Shown here in pieces: positions 8,502 through 15,146 of a stretch of DNA of 20,000 nt. The translations under genes and the position numbers were made by a program. Below the pieces are notes generated by a model. It was given only the letters and a program-made list of their open reading frames with translations, was not told the DNA's origin and did no database searches. The stretch lies in IMG/VR virus record IMGVR_UViG_3300005201_000719. One strand, 5' to 3'. Every line of letters starts with the position of its first letter. Position 1 is the stretch's first letter. This DNA is from an uncultured virus (IMG/VR IMGVR_UViG_3300005201_000719). Taxonomy: Duplodnaviria; Heunggongvirae; Uroviricota; Caudoviricetes.

Positions 8502-9706
8502 GCTGCCACCATCTCTCTTAAAACCCTTGTGTATTCATTTGCGCTTGTGTCCATATTGCTGTAGATTGTTCGCAAATCATCTTTTGCCAGACTGCGTATC
8601 AGCCCTATTTGAATAGCTTCTGTTTTCCCAAATACAGCGCTTAATTTTGCAAGCCTTTCTATAGACCGATAGGAAACTACAAATTTTATTTTCGCGGCCT
8701 GTACTGCCATGCGGAAACTGCGTACAAAATGGACCAATTCATGATTGCCGTTAGCGACCGCCTCTTCGATTACGGCACTGTAGTCGATTTCCACAATGGC
8801 GAACCTGTCCAGCGATGCAGCGTCTAACTGGTAACGACCGGTGTACTCGATGTCCGCGCCCGTACCGTATGTGTTGCCTGCGGCTACAATGCGGAAATCC
8901 TCATGGGCGTTTACCCTACCAGTGGGAAAGTCAAAATAACGGTTTGCTATAGCAGCGTTCAGAATGACAAGTACCTCGGGTGTGGATGCGTCGATTTCGT
9001 CCAACATGAAGATCCCGCCGTTGGTAAAAGCCTTATAAAACTGCGTTTCGTGGTAATTGCCGTTTGCGTCTATGAAGCCTGTCAATTTGTATTCCTGCGT
9101 AACGGCGTTTGAAAAGTAAAACTCCATACTCAGGGCTTCGCTTATCTGTTTGCAGATAACGTTCTTTCCGCTCCCTGCCGGCCCTGTCAGAAATACCGGG
9201 ATGTCGGCAGATACCAGTTTAAGAACTGTCTCAAACTTTTCATGGACTATGCCCTCTATGACTTTGTTTCCGGCAGGGCTTTTCACTTCAATTTTCTTTG
9301 GCAGAGTACCGTATGTTTCGCTGATGTAGTGGTCAATCTGGTCTTTCGACATAGTGATTACATTTTCAACGGCAATACTGGCAACCGCCTGGGCAATTAA
9401 AGCATCCAGTGCGGATGTCGTTTGTGATTGGGGAATTGGAGCTGACGCGGGTATTGATGATGTCATGCCTGTCAATACTTCCTGTGTCTTGCCATTTTCC
9501 CAGACGGCCCGGCAGGAATCGAATAATGACTCTGCTTCTTCCCGGCAACGTTCAAATATCTTGAACGGTCTCCCGGAATTGACCTCGCAATAATTATCTA
9601 GGGGATCGTAAATATACGAGCCAAAAATAATGAGAGGCTTGTACTCAGTCGCGTCATGTTCAATAACGCAAGTTACGGAGCCTTTTCTTCCCAAAACTAC
9701 TTTCAT
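8498..9706 (-). CDS. MoxR/CobS-type AAA+ ATPase (AAA_5)
   Basis: Walker A GPAGSGKN, Walker B FMLDEID, sensor AAGNT, LDAASLDRF; ATG at 9706 with AGGGGG RBS and ATGA overlap. Confidence 0.92.
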   Translation of the reverse strand: MKVVLGRKGSVTCVIEHDATEYKPLIIFGSYIYDPLDNYCEVNSGRPFKIFERCREEAESLFDSCRAVWENGKTQEVLTGMTSSIPASAPIPQSQTTSALDALIAQAVASIAVENVITMSKDQIDHYISETYGTLPKKIEVKSPAGNKVIEGIVHEKFETVLKLVSADIPVFLTGPAGSGKNVICKQISEALSMEFYFSNAVTQEYKLTGFIDANGNYHETQFYKAFTNGGIFMLDEIDASTPEVLVILNAAIANRYFDFPTGRVNAHEDFRIVAAGNTYGTGADIEYTGRYQLDAASLDRFAIVEIDYSAVIEEAVANGNHELVHFVRSFRMAVQAAKIKFVVSYRSIERLAKLSAVFGKTEAIQIGLIRSLAKDDLRTIYSNMDTSANEYTRVLREMVAA

Positions 9707-10026
9707 GCTACTACCCCCTGTTCTTCGCTTTCCGATTTGCCACAATTACGCAAAGGAACCGAAACTCCGAGAGAATAATAAAGAACTTCCTCTCTGCCGA
9801 TAGAGAGGGCGGCAAGCGCAACGTCCGCCATGATACTTACTGCTTCGTCCCGCCTCATTTTGATTCTGGAAAGGGTACTTTGCATAACCCCCACGAACAA
9901 ACAAAACCCACCAGGATTGTCCGTAAATGTTTCTTTTATGTAAGTCACCCTCGGACTCGCTGATATGGTGGACAACGGGAGATCAAAAACTTTTTCACAA
10001 ATTACTTGGGCCTCAGCTAGCTTCAT
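9703..10026 (-). CDS. Hypothetical phage protein (MKLAEAQ...)
   Basis: AAGGAGG RBS before GTG/ATG at 10029/10026; overlaps both neighbours. Confidence 0.7.
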   Translation of the reverse strand: MKLAEAQVICEKVFDLPLSTISASPRVTYIKETFTDNPGGFCLFVGVMQSTLSRIKMRRDEAVSIMADVALAALSIGREEVLYYSLGVSVPLRNCGKSESEEQGVVA

Positions 10027-10685
10027 CACAGCACCTCCTTTTGACCGAACCAAAATGAAAAGCAATCCATTGTGTGTACCGATTCGTTGGCGAGTTCCCA
10101 AAGCAGACTATGTGCGGTTTGCCCAGCTTCATAATCACCATCTCGTGCTGATTTAATAAGGAAGGGAAGGCTTGCTATAGCCTCGTCAAATTCTTCTTTG
10201 GTGCTTTTACCAAACTTGCCTATGACTTTGGCTATTCCATTCACCTTGTATCTCGTTTCGTGGCGTTTCTGGAAGCCAAAGAAGCTTGTAATATCTTCCC
10301 ATGTTCCCCCTGCCAATTCTTCTTTGAAGTTGTTTTCTTTTCCCCATACTTCGGATCGGCCTTTAATTCGCTTATGGCCTGATTCTGGGGTGATTGTATA
10401 AACCACATCGCCGCTTTCCATTTCGCAGAAGCGGAAATCATCATAGATTTCTCCATCCAGAGGGCAGTTGTTTTTGAAGAAAACGAACATCCTGTCAACA
10501 TTGATTTTTGATGATGTTGCAATCTGTTTTACTTTAGGGAACATTGCGTCAAGCCTTGGCTTGAGTTCTTCATCTTCACAGAACCAGTCATACCAACCGG
10601 CATCTATCATCGTGTCCCTATCGGAGTTTTGATACCTTCCGTTTTCGTAGTTACGGATAAATTCTCTGACGGTTATTTCGCTCAT
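10026..10685 (-). CDS. Hypothetical phage protein (AGWYDWFC...FFKNNCP...YDDFR)
   Basis: 219-aa ORF with ATGA coupling; motif-like aromatic/Cys blocks; function unknown. Confidence 0.8.
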   Translation of the reverse strand: MSEITVREFIRNYENGRYQNSDRDTMIDAGWYDWFCEDEELKPRLDAMFPKVKQIATSSKINVDRMFVFFKNNCPLDGEIYDDFRFCEMESGDVVYTITPESGHKRIKGRSEVWGKENNFKEELAGGTWEDITSFFGFQKRHETRYKVNGIAKVIGKFGKSTKEEFDEAIASLPFLIKSARDGDYEAGQTAHSLLWELANESVHTMDCFSFWFGQKEVL

Positions 10686-11185
10686 GCTGGTATCCGTCCT
10701 TTGGTATCCAGCTCGATTCTTTTGCCGTCGAGCTTATATACAAGCCATGCACCTTTTGGATATTCACCTTTGTTTATGCCTTTCATTAAAAGGGCGCTTG
10801 CTTGATTTTCTGAAACGGCGTCGATAATCCCTACACGCCGTTCGTATTCGTTGTCACCTTCTGAATCAACATACCAATCCAAAACTTCAAAGTGCAAAGT
10901 TTTTGGTTCGGTACAGGATTTAGATTCCGGTGAAGCGTTACTGGTCTCATCATTGAGGAAGTTTTTCATTGCAGGAAAGAATTCTTTTCTGACGCACCAG
11001 CCGGAACTCACCCAGAAATAAGTACCGCCAAAAGGATTTTCTTTCTCTACAAAGTTGTAGAGCGTCATACCGCTGTCATCTGCTAAGGCTATGACCATGT
11101 TTTCGCCATCACCTTTGGCGATGCTGTGCTTGGGGTTGCCTTTGATTTCAAGCCACTCAGCCAAATTTTTAGGTTCTTTCATCAT
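10682..11185 (-). CDS. Hypothetical phage protein (167 aa)
   Basis: ATGA overlaps at both ends. Confidence 0.75.
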   Translation of the reverse strand: MMKEPKNLAEWLEIKGNPKHSIAKGDGENMVIALADDSGMTLYNFVEKENPFGGTYFWVSSGWCVRKEFFPAMKNFLNDETSNASPESKSCTEPKTLHFEVLDWYVDSEGDNEYERRVGIIDAVSENQASALLMKGINKGEYPKGAWLVYKLDGKRIELDTKGRIPA

Positions 11186-11436
11186 TTGGAACCTGCCTTC
11201 TGGACTTCCTTGTAGCCATGCCGTTCCATATACTTTTTTGCGGCCCGAAGCGTTTTGAACTCTTTACCCATGGCATAGGGTATTTTTCCTCTGAATCGGC
11301 GGCTGTATAATTCTATTTGCTCATCGCCTTCCGCACGAAATCCAGAACCTATACCGGGATAGTTGTAAGATTGAATACGCCCTTCGATTCTGCCTTTTTC
11401 AAAATGAATGATCAGTTCTTTTTGTTCCTTTCTCAT
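11182..11436 (-). CDS. Hypothetical basic phage protein (84 aa), first gene after internal promoter
   Basis: AAAGGAG RBS, ATG at 11436. Confidence 0.8.
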   Translation of the reverse strand: MRKEQKELIIHFEKGRIEGRIQSYNYPGIGSGFRAEGDEQIELYSRRFRGKIPYAMGKEFKTLRAAKKYMERHGYKEVQKAGSK

Positions 11437-11505
11437 CTAAATCTCCTTTGGCCTCTATAGAGGGCCTTTCGGCTTCCGGGGCTTCCGGCAGCCGTTTATT
11501 AAGTG

Positions 11506-11712
11506 TTCTAGTATCGGAATACTAGAATATATATTAAAAATACCCCCGCCGTAGGGGCCTGTCAAGGTTTATAGCCAAATTTTTTGAAAATTCTCCAAAA
11601 ATCGTGTTTTTTTTGGGATTTTTTAGTGTTCTGGTATTCCGAAAGTGGGTCATTTTGACCCATATAGCTGTGTCATTTTGACCCACAAAATGTCCCATAG
11701 TCGGAATACTAT
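11506..11712. promoter_or_regulatory. Operator-like palindromes and repeats between divergent genes
   Basis: TTCTAGTAT-CGGA-ATACTAGAA (11506-11527); TGGGTCA-TTT-TGACCCA (11646-11662) and TGTGTCA-TTT-TGACCCA (11669-11685); TCGGAATACY at 11514, 11633 (reverse) and 11701. Confidence 0.7.
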
Positions 11713-12349
11713 TACCATTTTTTTCTTGATCTGGTATGCTTTTTTGATGTAGACTGTTCCTTATGGAAGGAATCACAGCACTACAAATGTCCCAGATTTT
11801 GGGCATCTCAGCAGACGGTGTAAAAAGGCGGCTCCAAAAAAGAGGCATCAAACCGTTTATGTATTTAGGTCCCACTGGTTTGTACAAAGAAGCTGATCTG
11901 GAAGCCATAAAAAAAGATGGTGTCATGGGGCGGCCGAAAAAAGATCCGACAGCGAAAACCACCCCAAAGAAAAAGGCAAAAAAGACAGCTAAAAAACCCT
12001 GATAGGGAAACAGCTCTCCCTGCCTCTCCGGAATATGCTCCGGCTGCTTTGCCAGGGCTTCTTCCCTTTTAAGCTGATCCTCTATAAGCAACTCAAGCAA
12101 AGATTTCACTCTCCGGTATAAGCTGTTGTTTTGATCTGCTACCTCAAAAGAATCCCGTCGATGGCGCCGCGCCATACGGAGGATAGTATCGGGGTACATA
12201 TTGATTGCTTTTGGATAGATACTTACGACATCAGTTTTCAGTTCATTGCCGTGGAATTCATGGCCGATAGGATAGCAGTCGATAACTTCTTTTACAGCAT
12301 CGCTCATAGAGTTGAGTTTTTTCTCTTTTTCCTGCCGGCTATCTGCCAT
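11534..12349 (-). CDS. Hypothetical phage protein; first ~114 aa look protein-like, the rest is antisense read-through
   Basis: ATG at 12349 with GGAG RBS; after QGELF (12008-12022) the frame runs antisense over 11763..12002 and the operator region. Confidence 0.6.
   Translation of the reverse strand: MADSRQEKEKKLNSMSDAVKEVIDCYPIGHEFHGNELKTDVVSIYPKAINMYPDTILRMARRHRRDSFEVADQNNSLYRRVKSLLELLIEDQLKREEALAKQPEHIPERQGELFPYQGFLAVFFAFFFGVVFAVGSFFGRPMTPSFFMASRSASLYKPVGPKYINGLMPLFWSRLFTPSAEMPKIWDICSAVIPSIRNSLHQKSIPDQEKNGNSIPTMGHFVGQNDTAIWVKMTHFRNTRTLKNPKKNTIFGEFSKNLAINLDRPLRRGYF
11537..11565 (-). promoter_or_regulatory. Sigma70-type leftward promoter
   Basis: TTGACA (11565-11560), 17-nt spacer, TATTTT (11542-11537). 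Confidence 0.65.
11763..12002 (+). CDS. Small HTH DNA-binding protein with GRPKK motif and Lys-rich tail
   Basis: ITALQMSQILGISADGVKRRL (HTH-like), MGRPKK, TTPKKKAKKTAKKP. Confidence 0.8.
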   Translation: MEGITALQMSQILGISADGVKRRLQKRGIKPFMYLGPTGLYKEADLEAIKKDGVMGRPKKDPTAKTTPKKKAKKTAKKP

Positions 12350-12371
12350 GGAAAACGCTCCAGTAGTTAAG

Positions 12372-12395
12372 TCCCGCCCCACGAGGGGGACGGGA
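12372..12395. other. GC-rich stem-loop 16 nt downstream of the lectin-fold gene stop (candidate DGR target hairpin)
   Basis: TCCCG-CCCC-ACGA-GGGG-GA-CGGGA; no U-tract. Confidence 0.6.
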
Positions 12396-12411
12396 TGTTA
12401 GATAGGTGTGG

Positions 12412-13275
12412 CTACGCCACACAGAAGCCGGGGGCAACGCCACCCACCTCAGACGCACCGTAGTAATAGCTATGACCATAGTGGCTGCAAGTACAGAAAT
12501 TGGCGGCGGACGAAGCCGAGGCAGATGATGTCCAGTACCAGTGCGTATCATCTTCCCAAACCTTGATCCTGTTTTTGATTTGCGAGAAAAAAGAAAGTTG
12601 AAAAGGCTCATCATAAAAATTAGATTCAGGTTCCCAGTATTCCCCGTCACCAAATAACTCCGTTGCCGTAGGCAGAGTAATCTCCAGCCCGTCATTGTTT
12701 TCAAGTAACAAATCGGATATGTCCATCGCGTTGAGAAAGTCTGTATTGAGGTATTTAGCCAGAGCGCTTTCGGAGAAGCCCCCTTTGTTTGTATCTTTGG
12801 CGTTAATGGCGGATCTGAAAATTATATCTTCAAAGTTGAATAAGGCCTTACCATTCTCTGTTACTTCGACGAGCTGTACCTTCGATTCGATGTGCCGAGC
12901 AGGAAAGTCTAAACCGTCATAGCTTGCTGCAGGTACGTCAAACGAAACGCGGATAAAATCGCCAAAATTAAAATTCTCTACCGCCTCTGCCGGCGCAGTA
13001 CGGATATAGTCTTGTACCGCTTTGAACGCATGACGCCAATCACTGGCTCCCAAGTACCGTGTGAGATCGCGCGTTTCACCGGGGGCACGATTACCTTTCT
13101 CAGCGGTGTTTGCTTTTCCCGGTTTGTATCCCAGATCGCCAGGTACATCATCAACAGGCATCACTTTGAGTTTCAGCGGGGTAACTCTTTGCCGATACTT
13201 GCTCGAAAACTCAATGACTTCAAATCCGGCTTTGTTCATTGCCGAAATTGCCCTGTTCAATAAATCGTTAATCAT
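12412..13275 (-). CDS. DUF6273-like C-type-lectin-fold protein with DGR variable-region-like C-terminus
   Basis: SALAKYLNTDFL, ITLPTATELFG, WYWTSS...NFCTCSHYGHSYYYGASEVGGVAPGFCV; ATG at 13275 with AGGAGG RBS. Confidence 0.8.
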   Translation of the reverse strand: MINDLLNRAISAMNKAGFEVIEFSSKYRQRVTPLKLKVMPVDDVPGDLGYKPGKANTAEKGNRAPGETRDLTRYLGASDWRHAFKAVQDYIRTAPAEAVENFNFGDFIRVSFDVPAASYDGLDFPARHIESKVQLVEVTENGKALFNFEDIIFRSAINAKDTNKGGFSESALAKYLNTDFLNAMDISDLLLENNDGLEITLPTATELFGDGEYWEPESNFYDEPFQLSFFSQIKNRIKVWEDDTHWYWTSSASASSAANFCTCSHYGHSYYYGASEVGGVAPGFCVA

Positions 13276-13304
13276 AAAACCTCCTAAGTTCAAAATTGAA
13301 CTAC

Positions 13305-13403
13305 TGGACCGGGGCGGAATCGAACCGCCGTTTTGACTGGTCGGGAAAAGGAGGTTTCAGAGGAAACCCGCCCACCCATGCCATACCACTAGACCACCGA
13401 TCC
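13305..13403 (-). ncRNA. tRNA-like RNA (99 nt) with extended, non-canonical anticodon arm
   Basis: Acceptor GGATCGG/CCGGTCC+A, T8G9, D arm GTC-TAGTGGTAT-GGC, T arm GGCGG-TTCGATT-CCGCC; 49 nt in place of the anticodon/variable region. Confidence 0.8.
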
Positions 13404-13407
13404 AAAA

Positions 13408-13505
13408 CCGCACAGAGCCGCGGCGTACACCCATGAACCTTCTGTGCCTATCCGTGCGTCCACGGACGGAAACTTCCGGCAGGTTTGGTTTAGCCCTCTG
13501 TGCGG
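13408..13505 (-). ncRNA. Structured 98-nt RNA between two tRNA-like elements
   Basis: Perfect 10-bp closing stem CCGCACAGAG/CTCTGTGCGG; inner AACCT/AGGTT, TGCC/GGCA and hairpin TCCGTG-GACG-CACGGA. Confidence 0.6.
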
Positions 13506-13506
13506 A

Positions 13507-13587
13507 TGGGGACGGCAGGGGGCGAACCCTGCATGGCCTAGGCGCGCTGCCACTGGGCCGATTTGTATGACACCGCACCACATCCCC
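13507..13587 (-). ncRNA. Degenerate tRNA-like RNA (81 nt)
   Basis: Acceptor GGGGATG/CGTCCCC+A, T8G9, weak D stem GTG/TAC, T arm GCAGG-GTTCGCCC-CCTGC (one extra nt), middle arm GGCC...GGCC without a canonical anticodon loop. Confidence 0.65.
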
Positions 13588-13789
13588 GGTAGGACACCCG
13601 ATTTATATCCCGCTCGCTCCCTACTATCGCGGTTGCCCGTCTCTCCGGGCTGCCAAGCCTCTACTCCGTTCTGCCTCGGGCTTCCTACAGCTTCTCATCC
13701 AGTCGGATTTTGGGTGGGACTACATACGGCGTTGTACCCACAAATTCCGGACAGCCAGTACCTACACTATCCGTACCGTAAATTTTGAT

Positions 13790-13861
13790 TAGCAGGGGCT
13801 GGAATTGAACCAGCGACATCCGGCTTATGAGGCCGGCAAGCTACCGCTGCTTTACCCTGCC
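13790..13861 (-). tRNA. Phage tRNA, anticodon CAT (initiator Met-like), no encoded CCA
   Basis: GGCAGGG TA AAGC AGCGGTA GCTT G CCGGC CTCATAA GCCGG ATGTC GCTGG TTCAATT CCAGC CCCTGCT A: complete cloverleaf. Confidence 0.95.
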
Positions 13862-13868
13862 TGGTTTT

Positions 13869-13979
13869 TTACCTCCTTTCTTTTCTTCCACGGAAAAACT
13901 TATGCCTCTTGTGGTTGTTAACCAGCCACAAGCCGATAAAACCGAAAACCCCGGCGATTACCAGAATCAATACGATCAT
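13869..13979 (-). CDS. Small single-pass membrane peptide (36 aa)
   Basis: Not in ORF track. MIVLILVIAGVFGFIGLWLVNNHKRHKFFRGRKERR*; ATGA overlap with the upstream stop. Confidence 0.65.
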   Translation of the reverse strand: MIVLILVIAGVFGFIGLWLVNNHKRHKFFRGRKERR

Positions 13980-14572
13980 TTTTTTTGCGCTTCTTTCGGC
14001 GGTTCATCAGCCGGTTTCTTTTCTTCCTGACATGAGACCTTGATCGTTTCCATGCAGTTTGTAGATATGACAAGAACGTCCGTAGGAACAGTAATGTCCC
14101 CGGATGATTTTGATTTTCTCAAAATGATTTCGTCATAATCTTTGTTCTTTGAATTGGCCACAACCGCGCGGGCGTTAATAATGGCGCCGCGGTTAATTTC
14201 CTGACCTATCGATCTGAGAATGGCGTCAACAATCTCCGTTGTCTTTTCTCTGACAAGCCCGTATGCAGATTTAGTCCGCAGATTGGTATCCAGCTTTTCA
14301 AGATAATTCTTGACGACCTCGTTTCCCTTTGTTGAAACCACACTGCAAAGCAAATCCTTCTGTTCGCTGGTCAATTCAAGGTTATTTTCCATGAAGGAAT
14401 TTACCCTAAGATCATCAGCAAGCTTATTCGTAAGATCGCCAAAAAGATCATCAAGTGCATTAAGCCTGATCACCGATTCAAAAATATCGTGAACGGTTTC
14501 AACAATTTGCTCGTCTATTACCGGCCTGATGTCCTCAAAATCCGGTTGCTGATTTTGTACAACTTTCTTCAT
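13976..14572 (-). CDS. Hypothetical phage protein (198 aa)
   Basis: ATG 2 nt after the rusA stop, with AAGGAG upstream. Confidence 0.8.
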   Translation of the reverse strand: MKKVVQNQQPDFEDIRPVIDEQIVETVHDIFESVIRLNALDDLFGDLTNKLADDLRVNSFMENNLELTSEQKDLLCSVVSTKGNEVVKNYLEKLDTNLRTKSAYGLVREKTTEIVDAILRSIGQEINRGAIINARAVVANSKNKDYDEIILRKSKSSGDITVPTDVLVISTNCMETIKVSCQEEKKPADEPPKEAQKK

Positions 14573-14574
14573 CC

Positions 14575-14979
14575 TTATTCTCCTTCAACGATTATTTGTG
14601 CTCCAGGTTTTCTGTCGGCGTAGTATTTCCCCGCGTCAGTCCTGTATACCTGGGCATCATCTTTCCAAACGCCGACATCGGACATTGAATCCATCACGGC
14701 CTTGAGTAAATTGTCTGTATCGGGCCGCTTTGTATGTGGTACGTTAAGGCTGTTTCCGGCGTTCTTCATTTTCTTTGGTCGGGGCAAATAAAAGCACACT
14801 CGCAATATCACCGGTCCGACAATGGTAGGGCGGCGGCACGGAAGAAACGCTGCTTCGATTTGTGCTTTCCATGCTTTGACCTCAGATGAGTTGGAATAAA
14901 AATTCCCATACTGTCCCAAGCGCGGCCTTGATTGCGCCCTGGGTATACCGTTGACGAACAGGTGATACAGAACTTTCAC
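14575..14979 (-). CDS. rusA: RusA-family Holliday junction resolvase
   Basis: G.PRAQSRPR, FYLPRPK, HTKRPDTDNLLKAVMDSM...VWKDDAQV. Confidence 0.93.
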   Translation of the reverse strand: MKVLYHLFVNGIPRAQSRPRLGQYGNFYSNSSEVKAWKAQIEAAFLPCRRPTIVGPVILRVCFYLPRPKKMKNAGNSLNVPHTKRPDTDNLLKAVMDSMSDVGVWKDDAQVYRTDAGKYYADRKPGAQIIVEGE

Positions 14980-15146
14980 TACCGCAAATCTCCGATGGGG
15001 TAGTTGCTCATTGCCTCTTTTATGGCAAGCCCCAGATTGATTACCCGATCACACAACCGGCGCAGTACCGGGATCTTCTTATGCCCCATGCGCTCGCCGA
15101 AATCTTTGATCCGCGTTCCACAGCGGTAAACAAAACCTTTAATCAT
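14979..15146 (-). CDS. Small hypothetical protein (55 aa)
   Basis: Not in ORF track. GGGAGG RBS, MIKGFVYRCGTRIKDFGERMGHKKIPVLRR...GDLR*; TAGTG overlap with the rusA start. Confidence 0.7.
   Translation of the reverse strand: MIKGFVYRCGTRIKDFGERMGHKKIPVLRRLCDRVINLGLAIKEAMSNYPIGDLR

Noticed and set aside
13305..13403. tmRNA or intron-containing tRNA
   Set aside because: No G3.U70 alanine identity (A3:U70), too short for a tag ORF, and I could not remove a segment to restore a canonical anticodon loop.
13408..13505. SRP 4.5S RNA or c-di-GMP-I riboswitch identity for the 98-nt RNA
   Set aside because: Lacks the SRP helix-8 consensus; the resemblance to c-di-GMP-I (GCACAG..GGC.AAACC) is not followed by the GNRA stem and receptor layout.
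13690..13705. CTGGATGAG as a hammerhead core in the spacer
   Set aside because: Extra G in the core and no GAAA/stem III partner.
13357..13788. ORF-track ORFs 13357..13581, 13389..13583 and 13444..13788
   Set aside because: No RBS, Pro/Arg/Gly-rich, and overlapping the structured RNA cassette.
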